Below are positions 19,112-28,797 of a DNA stretch of 64,000 bases, in pieces. The notes beneath the pieces were generated by a model. The model saw only the letters and a program-made list of their open reading frames with translations, searched no databases and was not told the DNA's origin. The stretch lies in assembly GCA_963707025.1 (NCBI GenBank), contig CAVPOM010000009.1:192001-256000 (forward strand), in the 5' to 3' direction. Source of the stretch: an uncultured Verrucomicrobiae bacterium (GTDB lineage: Bacteria > Verrucomicrobiota > Verrucomicrobiia > Limisphaerales > Palsa-1400). The stretch's first letter is position 1, and each line of letters opens with the position of its first letter. Made by a program: the position numbers and the translations under genes.

Positions 19112-19277
19112 CGCCCGGCTTTGCCAGGCGAAGAAAGCGGCGGGGAAAATCTAAAGCACATCCGTTTCATTCAATTGCGACAGCAACTAAATTAACACAC
19201 AATGGAACCCTTTGTCGAACAAAATCCACAGGTCTTCACTGCCCTGTTCCGAACCCTTGCCCGCGCCCCTTCCCACA

Positions 19278-19430
19278 TCACTCGCAGGGCGGGTGCCAAT
19301 AATTCTGCATCGCCTCGCGCGACCACGCGGGCCGAACCACTGGCGCAGGTCGGAGGAACTCAGCCATGACCGGCTTGATGTCCAGCACCGGGGCTCCGTC
19401 AACCCCGTCCAACCCGGAAACATGCAGGGG
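19278..19430 (-). pseudogene. C-terminal remnant of a TsaA/TrmO-like SAM-binding protein
   Basis: LHVSGLDGVDGAPVLDIKPVMAEF...PAWSREAMQNYW. Confidence 0.6.
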
Positions 19431-19571
19431 TGAGTCATGGTGGTCCGGCGCCACCCGAAATGGCACTCCCGCGGTTTGCTCCGTGATTTTTTCTGGATGT
19501 GATCGAGTAAATCGGGGAAGCGTCCCGGATGGTCATCGCCCTGGCGGCAAAACGGCCTTTGGGGATTGTCA

Positions 19572-19601
19572 TTGACCGGAGACGAAGGTTTTTGCTAGAT
19601 T
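19572..19601 (+). promoter_or_regulatory. Candidate sigma-70 promoter
   Basis: TTGACC-N18-TAGATT with extended TG, ~90 bp before kinase start. Confidence 0.4.
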
Positions 19602-19692
19602 CCAGTTAACGCCCTCATCGGACTTTTCTCTGGCCGCCGCCAGTTTCGAGTGCGGCCGGCATTCCGTTGCGGCCCGTACGCTCATCTCGCAA

Positions 19693-22600
19693 ATGGTTAT
19701 GCCAGCGTCGAAACCGAGTCCGCCCGCACAGGTGAAATTGAGAAACCACTGGCCGGCCCGCTATGCTTTCGCGCTGGTGATGGTTGGGGCGGCCTTTCTC
19801 CTCCGGTGGGGACTGACCCGGCTGGTGGGCGGCGGTTTGCCCCTTTTCATCACGTTTTACCCGGTTGTCATGCTTTCGGCTTTGCTCGGAGGCGTTGGGC
19901 CGGGTCTGGTCGCCACAGCGGCCGTAGCGCTGGGGGTGGATTATTTCATTTTGAGGCCGACAGGGGCGTTTGCCGTGGGGGGCGTGGCTGACGGCGTCGG
20001 TCTGGCTTTTTTCACGGGCATGGGCGTGTTTATGAGCGTGGTCGCGGAGCTTTGCCGCCGGGCCCGGCTCAAGGCGGCGTCCTATGAGATGGAGGCGTTT
20101 TTGCGCGAGCAGCTCGAAGCGCCGGCCCGCTGGTCCAGGCAGGGTTTGCTGCTCAACGCGGGACTGGTGGTGTCTCTGGCTGTCCTGGCCGCGGCGGGGG
20201 CGCAGTCTGCCCGGAACCTGCGGGCCGTGGCCAGTGCCGATGAATTGGAGACGCATTCCCGAGTGGTGATTCAGGAACTGGACCGGTTGCTTTCGGCCTT
20301 GAAGGACGCGGAAAGCGGCCAGCGCGGCTACCTGCTCACCGGGGAGGAGAAATACCTGGAACCGTACCAGATCGCGCTGGGCCTGGTGCAGAGCAATCTG
20401 GCCGGCGTGAAGCTGCTTGCCCAGGACGACGCCGCCCAGACGCGACGTCTGGCCGGCATCGAAGCCCTTATTTTGGAGAAGACCGCGGAATTGAAGCAAA
20501 CTATCGAATTGCGTCGCTCGCAGGGCTTGCCGGCCGCCCTCGAGGTCGTGACCACGGACAAAGGTAAAATCACTATGGACCAAATCCGCCAGCGCATAGC
20601 CGAGGCCCAGGCGGACGAGGACCGGTTGCTGCAAGAGCGGGCCGTGGCCAAGAGCGCCGAGGCCGGCAAAACCCTCCAGGCCCTGCTGGCGGGCGGCGTT
20701 CTGGCCTTCCTCCTGCTGATCGCAGTCTTTCTCTTCCTCAAGCAGGAAATCGTCCGGCGCACCAAGGCCGAAGCCGACATGCGCCAGCATCGGGACCACC
20801 TGTAGGAAATGGTGGCGGCGCGCACCGGGGAACTGGGCCGGTCGAACGAGCAGCTCAAGAAAGAAATCAAAGAGCACCAGCAGGCCGAGGAGGTGATTGG
20901 AAGGTCGGAAGCGAAGTATCGCGCTTTGTTCGACTCGATGATCGAGGGTTTTTGCATCATCGAGATGGTTTTTGACGCGCAGGAACGGCCCGTTGATTTT
21001 CGCTTCCTGGAAGTCAATCCCGCGTTTGAAAAGCACACCGGGTTGCACAACGCACAGGGCCGGTTGATGCGCGAGCTGGCCCCGGAGCATGAAGCCCATT
21101 GGTTTGAACTTTACGGCCAGGTGGCCGCGACCGGTCAACCCGCGCAGTTTGTGGCCCAGGCAAAGGCGCTGGACCGTTGGCTGGAAGTGTCTGCCTATCG
21201 GGTGGGTGGGAAGGAAAGTCGAAAAGTGGCCGTCCTTTTCAACGATGTCACCGAGCGCAAGCGCGCGGCGGAGGCGCACACCCGGCTGGCGGCGATCGTC
21301 GAGTCGTCCAATGATGCCATTCTTTCCAAAGACCTGGGCGGAGCCATCACCAGTTGGAACGCGGGGGCCGAGCGGCTGTTCGGGTACACCCCCGGGGAAG
21401 TGATGGGCCGTTCGATCAGGTTGCTCGTGCCTCCGGATCGCCAGGACGAAGAAGACGCCATCATGGCGCGCCTGCTGGCGGGGGAACGGGTGGACCGCTT
21501 CGAAACCGTCCGCTTGGCCAGGGATGGGCGCAGCCTGGCGGTGTCGGTGGTCATATCGCCCATAAAGGATGGCGGGGGCCGGGTCATTGGCGCCTCCAAG
21601 ATTGTCCGCGACATTACCGAGCGCAAACAAAAAGACGAAGAGCTGCAAAAACTCAACCGCACTTTGAAGGCGCTCAAGGAGAGCAGCCAGGCGATGACGC
21701 GCGCCAGTTCTGAAACCGGGTATCTGGACGAGGTCTGCAAGGATGTCATCGCCAACTGCGGCTATGCCATGGTGTGGATCGGTTTTGCCGAAGAGGACGA
21801 AGGCCGGACCGTCCGCCCGGTCGCCTACGCCGGCTTTGCGCAAGGCTATCTGGAGACTCTCCAGGTTAGCTGGGCCGATAACGAACGCGGTCGCGGCCCC
21901 ACCGGGACCGCCATTCGCACCGGCAAGCCCTGCCTGTGCAGAAACATGCTGACCGACCCCGTCTTGGCGCCCTGGCGGACCGAGGCGCTCAAGCACGGCC
22001 TTTGCTCTTCCCTGGTCCTGCCGCTGCTGTCCGAAGGCAAGGCCTTTGGCAGCATCACCGTTTACTCGCGCCAGGCCGATGCCTTCTCCGGAGACGAGGT
22101 TCGGATGCTGGCCGAATTGGCCGACGATGTTTCCAACTGCATTCGGAGTCTGCGCGCCGTCTCCCGGCGCCAGCGGGCGGAACGGCGCACCGAGTTGCTC
22201 GCCGATGCGGCCAGCCGGCTGCTCAGCAGCGATGACCCGCCAGGCGTTGTGGAGGAGCTGTGCGGGAAAGTGCTCCAATTCCTCGATTGCCAGATGTTCC
22301 TCAATTTCCTGGTGGACGACCAGCATGGCCAGACGTGCTTCGATTTCCTGACGGAGGAGAAGCAACGGCGCCTTCGCCTCCATGCTTGCGCGGGCCTTCC
22401 CATGGCGGAAGCCGAGAGGATCGAAAGGCGGGACTACTGCTCCGCCCTGTGCGGTGGCGCCGCCCGCGACGGTTGCCGCTTTGTCGCCGGGAGCATCCAG
22501 GAAAGGCCCGACCCGCGAAGCGACTGGGTCAAGCCTTATGGAATTGAGGCCTACGCCTGCCACCCTTTAATGGCCGGTGGACGGTTTTTCGGAGCCATCT

Positions 22601-23418
22601 CCTTCGGCACGCGCACGCGCAAGAATTTCACCGAGGAAGAATTGTCCTTCATGAAAGCGGTGGCCGACCTGATGGTGACGGCGATTGACCGGAGGCAGGC
22701 GCAGACCGCCCTGCAGTTGACTGCCGAGGAAGTCAAGCGGTCCAATCGCGACCTGGAACAGTTCGCCTACATTGCCTCGCACGACCTGCAGGAGCCGTTG
22801 CGCGCCGTGGGCGGTTATGTGGCGCTGTTGCAACGCCGCTTCCCGGGAAACCTGGACGCCAAGGCGCTGGAATACATCAACGGCGCGCTGGAGGGCGTCA
22901 GCCGCATGGAGCAGCTCATCGGCGATCTGCTCGCCTTTTCGCGCGCGGGCACTCACGGCGGGGCTTTCGCCCGCGCCGACCTGCAGGCCATCCTGAACAA
23001 TACCTTGCACAACCTCCGCACCAGTATCGAACGCACCCAGGCCAAAGTCACCTGCGATGTCTTGCCGACGCTGACGGCGGATGCCACCCAGGTCATGCAG
23101 ATTTTCCAGAACCTCATCGGCAACGCCATCAAGTTCCGCAGCCAGCGCCCGCCGGAGATCCATGTGGGCGTCCAAAAGCAGCCGGGCTTTTGGGTCTTCT
23201 CCGTCCGGGACAACGGGATTGGCATTGAAGCGCAGTATTTTGATCGCATTTTCCAGATTTTCCAACGCTTGAACACGCGCAAGCATTATCCCGGCACCGG
23301 CATCGGCCTGGCCATCTGCAAGAAAATGGTCGAGCGCCACGGCGGGGCCATCTGGGTCGAGTCCGTGCCGGGGCAAGGCTCGACTTTCTACTTTTCCCTG
23401 CCGGAAACTCAGCAATAA
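19693..23418 (+). pseudogene. Membrane sensor kinase (DUF4118-like TM, CHASE3, 2 PAS, 2 GAF, HisKA, HATPase) interrupted by in-frame TAG at 20803-20805
   Basis: DAESGQRGYLLTG (CHASE3); [15 protein letters not shown]-helix continues in frame; [13 protein letters not shown]; 1241 aa if read through. Confidence 0.8.
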
Positions 23419-23431
23419 AACCACATGACGT

Positions 23432-23905
23432 ATGACCGCAAACCATGAACACCCCGTTGAAATCCTGCTGGTCGAAGACAGTCCCAGTGATACCGAACTG
23501 ACGATGGAGGCTCTGAAAGAGGCCAAAGTCCGCAATCACCTCACCATCGTGGAGGACGGGGTGCAAGCCCTCGAATTCCTCCGGCGGCAAGGCATGTATG
23601 GCGGGGCGCCCCGGCCGGATCTGATCCTGCTGGACCTGAATCTCCCGCGCAAGGATGGCCGCGAAATCCTGGCCGAAATCAAGACAGATGACCAGCTCAA
23701 GACCATTCCCGTGGTGGTGCTGACCACTTCCCGCGCCGAGCAGGACGTGTTCGAGTGCTATAAGTACCACGCCAATTGTTATATTACCAAGCCGGTGAAT
23801 TTGGAGCAGTTCTTGAATGTCGTCCGTTCCATTGAATCTTTCTGGCTGATGGTGGTGACCCTGCCGCCCGCGCCCAAGGCCCCTGCGGAGGGCTGGAAAT
23901 GTTAA
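23432..23905 (+). CDS. Single-domain response regulator, Rcp1-like
   Basis: [39 protein letters not shown]. Confidence 0.92.
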   Translation: MTANHEHPVEILLVEDSPSDTELTMEALKEAKVRNHLTIVEDGVQALEFLRRQGMYGGAPRPDLILLDLNLPRKDGREILAEIKTDDQLKTIPVVVLTTSRAEQDVFECYKYHANCYITKPVNLEQFLNVVRSIESFWLMVVTLPPAPKAPAEGWKC

Positions 23906-23962
23906 GGCCCGGCCAGGCCAAGCCCCGGACACTGAATCCTGGAGGCAAAGCTGCTTGACGTT

Positions 23963-25180
23963 GTGTTTGCGCCGATCCAATTAAGAGTTCTTTTGGTGGA
24001 GGACAGCCCGTCGGACGCGGCGCTGGTGGAGGAATCGCTCAGGGAGGATGGCTTGGGCCAATTTGAGATTACGCATGTCGAGACTTTGGCCGAAGCGATG
24101 AGGCTGGCGCGGCAGGCCAACTTTGACGTGTCGCTTTTGGACCTGACCCTGCCGGACAGCTCGGGCCGGGAGACCTTTCTGCGCGCGCGGGCGGAAGCTC
24201 CGGCGTTGCCCATTGTGGTCATGACCAGACTGGCCGATGAGGCGATTGGGCTCGAAGCCGTGCGCCACGGCATTGATGACTACCTCATCAAAGGCCAGAC
24301 CAATGGGCGGCAAACCGCCCGTTCCATCCGCTACGCCATCGAGCGAAAGCATGGGGAAACGGCGCTCAAACGGGCGGAAGCCGCCCTGCAACAGGAGCGC
24401 GCCCAGCTTGAAGAAAGAGTCCGGGAGCGCACGGCCGATCTTTCGGCGCTCAATGAGGTGCTCCAGACGGAAATACGGCAACGCCAGCGCGCCGAGGAGT
24501 CCAACCAGTTGGTGCGGCGGCGTTTGGCCGAGGCCCAGGAAACCGAGCGGGGGCGCATCTCGCGGGAATTGCACGACCGCCTGGGACAGGACCTGACCGC
24601 CCTCAAACTGGGGCTGCAGAACCTGCGCCAGCAAGGTCCTGCCACCCTGGCAGTGGGAGAACATCTCAGCACGCTGGAGAAGCTGGCGGAAGGACTGATG
24701 CTTGACATCCACCGGCTGGCGTGGGATTTGCGGCCCTCGGTGCTGGACGACCTGGGCTTGGACCGGGCCTTGCAGCGCCATGCCGACGAATGGTCCCGGA
24801 ACACCGGCGTGCCGGTGGACTTGCATACGGGCGCGGATTTGAGAACCAACCGGCTGCCGCAAGAATTGGAAACCACCCTCTACCGCGTCGCCCAGGAAGC
24901 GCTGACCAATGTGGCCCGCCACACCCAAGCCAAACGCGTCAGTGTGCTGCTGGAACGCCGGGCCGGCTTTGTCTCCCTCATCGTCGAGGACGATGGCCCG
25001 GGCTTCGACGCCCAAGGCGTCTTAGCCGCGCCCGCCGGCCCGGGCAAATTAGGTTTGCTGGGGATGCAGGAACGAGTCAGGCTGGCGGGCGGCACCCTGA
25101 CCGTCGAGTCCGCCCCGGGGGCGGGCACCACGGTGTTCGCCCGTTTGCCGCTGGAGCCGAAGGCGGAAAGCGGCGGCTGA
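23963..25180 (+). CDS. Receiver + HisKA_3 histidine kinase
   Basis: VLLVEDS, LLDLTLPDSSG, QETERGRISRELHDRLGQ, QEALTNVARH. Confidence 0.9.
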   Translation: MFAPIQLRVLLVEDSPSDAALVEESLREDGLGQFEITHVETLAEAMRLARQANFDVSLLDLTLPDSSGRETFLRARAEAPALPIVVMTRLADEAIGLEAVRHGIDDYLIKGQTNGRQTARSIRYAIERKHGETALKRAEAALQQERAQLEERVRERTADLSALNEVLQTEIRQRQRAEESNQLVRRRLAEAQETERGRISRELHDRLGQDLTALKLGLQNLRQQGPATLAVGEHLSTLEKLAEGLMLDIHRLAWDLRPSVLDDLGLDRALQRHADEWSRNTGVPVDLHTGADLRTNRLPQELETTLYRVAQEALTNVARHTQAKRVSVLLERRAGFVSLIVEDDGPGFDAQGVLAAPAGPGKLGLLGMQERVRLAGGTLTVESAPGAGTTVFARLPLEPKAESGG

Positions 25181-25189
25181 TTGGCCCTG

Positions 25190-25867
25190 ATGAAGAAACT
25201 GCGAATTTTGCTGGCCGATGACCATAAGATGTTGCGCGAGGGCCTTCAAGTCCTGCTCGACCGCCAGCCCGGCATGCACGTCGTCGGCGAAGCGGCCAGC
25301 GGCAAAGAGGTGCTGGCCAAGGCCGCGGCGCTCAAGCCGGATGTGGTGGTGATGGACCTTTCCATGCCTGAACTCAACGGATTGCAGGCGACCGAGTTGC
25401 TCCGGGCCAGACATCCTGCCATCAAGGTGGTGGTGCTCACCGCCCACGAAGACGAGAGCTACCTGACCCAGTTGTGCAAAGCCGGGGCGGCAGGCTATGT
25501 CCTCAAGCGTTCGCCGGGCGAGGAGTTGGTTCAGGCCATCAACATGGCGGTCGCGGGCCAGGTCTATCTCGCCCCAGCCCTGGCCGGCAAAGCGCTGGCA
25601 CGGCTGGCGGCCGGCCCGTCCGCCGGCCGGGAGACCGCCATCGCCCTGTTAAGCGAACGGGAGAAGGATGTCCTGAGCCTGATCGCCTGGGGCTACAGCA
25701 ACAAGGAAGCGGCCGACCAGCTCAACGTCAGTGTCAAAACCGTGGAGACCTACAGAGTTCGCATCGCCGAGAAGCTCGGCCTGCGCAGCCGCACCGAGCT
25801 TGTCAGATACGCCTTGCGGCAAGGCTGGTTGAACGACGCGAAGACTCCGGGACCGCTGCCACGGTAG
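25190..25867 (+). CDS. NarL/LuxR-family response regulator
   Basis: ILLADDHKMLREG, PDVVVMDLSMP, LSEREKDVL, SVKTVETYR. Confidence 0.92.
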   Translation: MKKLRILLADDHKMLREGLQVLLDRQPGMHVVGEAASGKEVLAKAAALKPDVVVMDLSMPELNGLQATELLRARHPAIKVVVLTAHEDESYLTQLCKAGAAGYVLKRSPGEELVQAINMAVAGQVYLAPALAGKALARLAAGPSAGRETAIALLSEREKDVLSLIAWGYSNKEAADQLNVSVKTVETYRVRIAEKLGLRSRTELVRYALRQGWLNDAKTPGPLPR

Positions 25868-25978
25868 CAAATGGCCTGGCCCACAGGCCCATGGCGCGTC
25901 CTGTTTGGACGGCGACAGCCAGCCGGCGCTTTCGACAGCGGGACCGATGCCCGCCCGCGCCGCAAAACCAGTTGGCGC

Positions 25979-26026
25979 TGTCCGGGGATTCCCTGACACC
26001 AAATTTCTGTTTACTCCGACTGTTCG
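25979..26026 (+). promoter_or_regulatory. 48-bp conserved upstream motif, copy 1
   Basis: TGTCCGGGGATTCCCTGACACCAAATTTCTGTTTACTCCGACTGTTCG. Confidence 0.75.
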
Positions 26027-26165
26027 CCTTCCGGGCTGGCTGAATAACCTTGCGCCGATGGCAGGTTCGCAGCGACGGCCCAGGAGGGCCGGAGCACGGG
26101 CCAGGGCCAAGGCGTCATCCGCCTCCAGGCAACCGCGGAAACCAGGGAAGTTATGAGGATAGTTT

Positions 26166-27077
26166 ATGAAACAAAATCACCGCAATAACCAATCATCAGC
26201 CAAATCACGGGGCAGTGCAGTACTCGCCCACGCACCCAACGATGGCGGCCAGTCTTATCCAAGAGATTATCTGGAGAATCGGTTCGTTTACCTGGTCATT
26301 TCCCCGCAGGACCGCGGATTGTCCATCGGGGTCAATGTGAACCAGAATCTGAAATGCGGTTTGCCGTCCTGGGACGGCGGGATGGATCGGGCCAAACCTG
26401 CCGGCGGCGCAAACGCGGATGTCAAGAGAATGGCCACCGAACTGCATCGGACCATTGCCCTGGTGCAATCGGGCCGTCTGCGGCAGCGTCCGCCCTACGC
26501 CCATTGGCCGGAGGACTTGCTCAAACTGCGCCATGTCGCCATCAGCGGCGACGGCGAACCCACCTTGTCAAGCCATTTTGCCGAGGCCTTGGAAACCATC
26601 CTCCACCTGCGCGTGCTGGGCGGATTCCGCTTTTTCAAAATCGTGGTTGTCACAAATTCGCCGGCGCTGGACAGGCCCAAAGTCCGGCACGCGCTCCGGT
26701 GCCTCACCTCCAGGGACGAGATTTGGCTGAATTTGGATGGAGGCACTCAGGGTTATTTGAACAAGCTCGACGGCGCGCCCATCCGGCTGAAAAAAATCAT
26801 GGACAACATCCTGCTGGTTGGCCGCCAACGTCCTGTCATCATTCAGAGCTTGTTCCCCGCCATCCATGGCGCGCCTCCGCCGCCCCGCGAAATCAAGCAA
26901 TACGCGCAGCGACTCAAGGAACTCAAAAAGGCGGGCGCCCAGATTTCCTTGGTGCAAATTTGTTCCGCGGCGCAACGCCTGGCCAGGAACGGATTCAGTC
27001 ACCTCCCGCTCCAATCGCTGTCGCGCATCGCCAAAACGGTCCGGCGGGTGGCCGGACTGCGGGCGGAGGTCTTTTGA
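26166..27077 (+). CDS. Radical-SAM-fold protein with degenerate CxxxCxxC motif
   Basis: FVYLVISP..RGLSIGVN, AISGDGEPT, VTNS, IIQSLF; motif position reads CGLPSWDG. Confidence 0.8.
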   Translation: MKQNHRNNQSSAKSRGSAVLAHAPNDGGQSYPRDYLENRFVYLVISPQDRGLSIGVNVNQNLKCGLPSWDGGMDRAKPAGGANADVKRMATELHRTIALVQSGRLRQRPPYAHWPEDLLKLRHVAISGDGEPTLSSHFAEALETILHLRVLGGFRFFKIVVVTNSPALDRPKVRHALRCLTSRDEIWLNLDGGTQGYLNKLDGAPIRLKKIMDNILLVGRQRPVIIQSLFPAIHGAPPPPREIKQYAQRLKELKKAGAQISLVQICSAAQRLARNGFSHLPLQSLSRIAKTVRRVAGLRAEVF

Positions 27078-27163
27078 GCCGCGCCCCAGACTGGCGGGCG
27101 CGCCGGGCGCGGGCCGCCGTGTGGGGGAAGCGGCGGGAGCAGGGCCGCGGCAGCGCCGGCCCT

Positions 27164-27211
27164 TGTCCGGGAATTTCCCGACACCAACATTCTGTTTTCT
27201 CCGACTGTTCG
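27164..27211 (+). promoter_or_regulatory. 48-bp conserved upstream motif, copy 2
   Basis: TGTCCGGGAATTTCCCGACACCAACATTCTGTTTTCTCCGACTGTTCG. Confidence 0.75.
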
Positions 27212-27247
27212 AGATTCACGCCTTCCCGCTATTCTCACGGATAAATC

Positions 27248-27463
27248 ATGAATGCAACCATTGAGCAAAAAATCATAATCACCCCGGCTGCCATCGCCAA
27301 AGTGGCCTGGCAAATCTGGGAGAAGGAAGGGCGTCAACCCGGCCGGGATCTGGATTACTGGCTCCGGGCCGAGCAGCAGGTTCTGGCAGCCAGTCTGCAG
27401 GAAAGCAGCCGCACCAATGCTGGAGCGCCCTTGTGGGAACCCGTGGCCGAAATGCCGTGGTAG
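27248..27463 (+). CDS. DUF2934 domain protein
   Basis: IAKVAWQIWEKEGRQPGRDLDYWLRAEQQV. Confidence 0.85.
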   Translation: MNATIEQKIIITPAAIAKVAWQIWEKEGRQPGRDLDYWLRAEQQVLAASLQESSRTNAGAPLWEPVAEMPW

Positions 27464-27494
27464 CCGCACCGCCGCGCCACCAGCATCCAAAATA

Positions 27495-27923
27495 ATGGAG
27501 CCGACGATGACGGCCGTCATCATTTACGATGACTTCGCTTGCGCGCTCAAGGCCAGGGCCATGCTCAAGCAGGCGGGGCATCGCGCGGACGCGGCGGTTC
27601 TGTGGAGGGTCAAACCCTGGCGGCTGGACGAACTGATGCGGCCCTTGACCGCAGACGCGGCGCTGGAGGAAGCGGCCGACGCGCACCTGATTGTGCTCGC
27701 TCTGCGTCATCTCCAGCATATTCCCGCCCGGGTGCAGGACTGGCTGGAGCACTGGGCGGCGCACCGGCAGTTCCAGAACGTCGCCCTGGCCGCTTGGGAT
27801 GGCGGAAACGGCGACGGGCTTTCCGCGACGGCGCCCGGCGAGCTGTCGCAATTCGCCCAGCGCCATGGTTTGCGCTTCCTTTTTGGCGACACCGTTCCGG
27901 CTGAAGACGGATTGGCAGTTTGA
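27495..27923 (+). CDS. Hypothetical protein, possible pseudo-receiver fold
   Basis: AVIIYDD ... AHLIVLAL pattern; start ATG 27495 or 27507. Confidence 0.65.
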   Translation: MEPTMTAVIIYDDFACALKARAMLKQAGHRADAAVLWRVKPWRLDELMRPLTADAALEEAADAHLIVLALRHLQHIPARVQDWLEHWAAHRQFQNVALAAWDGGNGDGLSATAPGELSQFAQRHGLRFLFGDTVPAEDGLAV

Positions 27924-27977
27924 GACCAGCGGCGAGGAAAACGCCAGCAAGGAAATCCCTGTGAAAAACAACGTCAT

Positions 27978-28025
27978 TGTCCGGGATTCCCCTGACACAG
28001 AGATTCTGTTTTCTCCGACTGTTCG
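27978..28025 (+). promoter_or_regulatory. 48-bp conserved upstream motif, copy 3
   Basis: TGTCCGGGATTCCCCTGACACAGAGATTCTGTTTTCTCCGACTGTTCG. Confidence 0.75.
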
Positions 28026-28161
28026 AGAGCGAGCCTTCCGAATTATTCTCGCGCCCATGACAGGACTCGCCGTGACGAGTTCGGAAGGCAGAATGGCCGC
28101 CAGCCCTGGTCGCAGTTACAGCGGACTGGAAGAGATGATGCACCATCAACGAGCATGAATT

Positions 28162-28671
28162 ATGAAAGCACGCAATGAGCAAAATTCAATGATCACCGAA
28201 GCGGAGATCGCTGCCGCCTGCTGGCAAATCTGGCGGGAAGAGGATCGGGGTCAAACCGGCCGGGCCAACGAATACTGGCGCACGGTTGAGCTGAGTCTTG
28301 AGCAGCACGAGGTTGCTGGGGCGGCCTGGGAGATCTGGGAGAAGGAAGGCCGTCAAGACGGCCGGGCCTTGGAATACTGGACCAGGGCCGAGCAGCAGGT
28401 TCTGGCAGCCCGACAGCAGGGAAGCAGCCGGACAAATGGCGCAACCCCCAGCCGGGCCGCCCCGGCGCCCAGGGCAAATGGCGCCCCCGCCACGGGCGGG
28501 GATCTGGAGCCGGGCCTCTCGAAGAGGCCAAAGACGCCACCGGCCGTTTCCATCCGCGCCAACGGATTGGAGCGGGCGGCGCTTTGGCCACGCAACACAA
28601 GCCGCGGCAGGGATGACCGCGCGGAGGCGGCTCGACGCCAAGAGCCGCAGGGGGCGATGGTGTTGGCGTGA
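28162..28671 (+). CDS. Tandem DUF2934 domain protein
   Basis: IAAACWQIWREEDRGQTGRANEYWRTVE and VAGAAWEIWEKEGRQDGRALEYWTRAE. Confidence 0.8.
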   Translation: MKARNEQNSMITEAEIAAACWQIWREEDRGQTGRANEYWRTVELSLEQHEVAGAAWEIWEKEGRQDGRALEYWTRAEQQVLAARQQGSSRTNGATPSRAAPAPRANGAPATGGDLEPGLSKRPKTPPAVSIRANGLERAALWPRNTSRGRDDRAEAARRQEPQGAMVLA

Positions 28672-28797
28672 ATTACCCGGTGCGCCGCCACCAGGGGATC
28701 GCAAGGCGGCGGCGCGCCGAAGGGAAGGCCGCGGGTTGGCGGGTTTCCCTCAACCGCAAGAGAAAAACTTAACCGAAATAAACCGGAGGAAATAATT

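Noticed and set aside
20803..20805. Pyrrolysine or genome-wide TAG recoding
   Set aside because: TAG ends several normal genes here (25867, 27463, 51416, 61873); no pyl genes; consensus residue is Glu, one base from TAG
19615..22563. 982-aa minus-strand ORF
   Set aside because: Antisense to the CHASE3/PAS kinase
25979..28025. 48-bp repeats as a CRISPR array
   Set aside because: Copies are ~1.2 kb and ~0.8 kb apart with genes between; no cas genes
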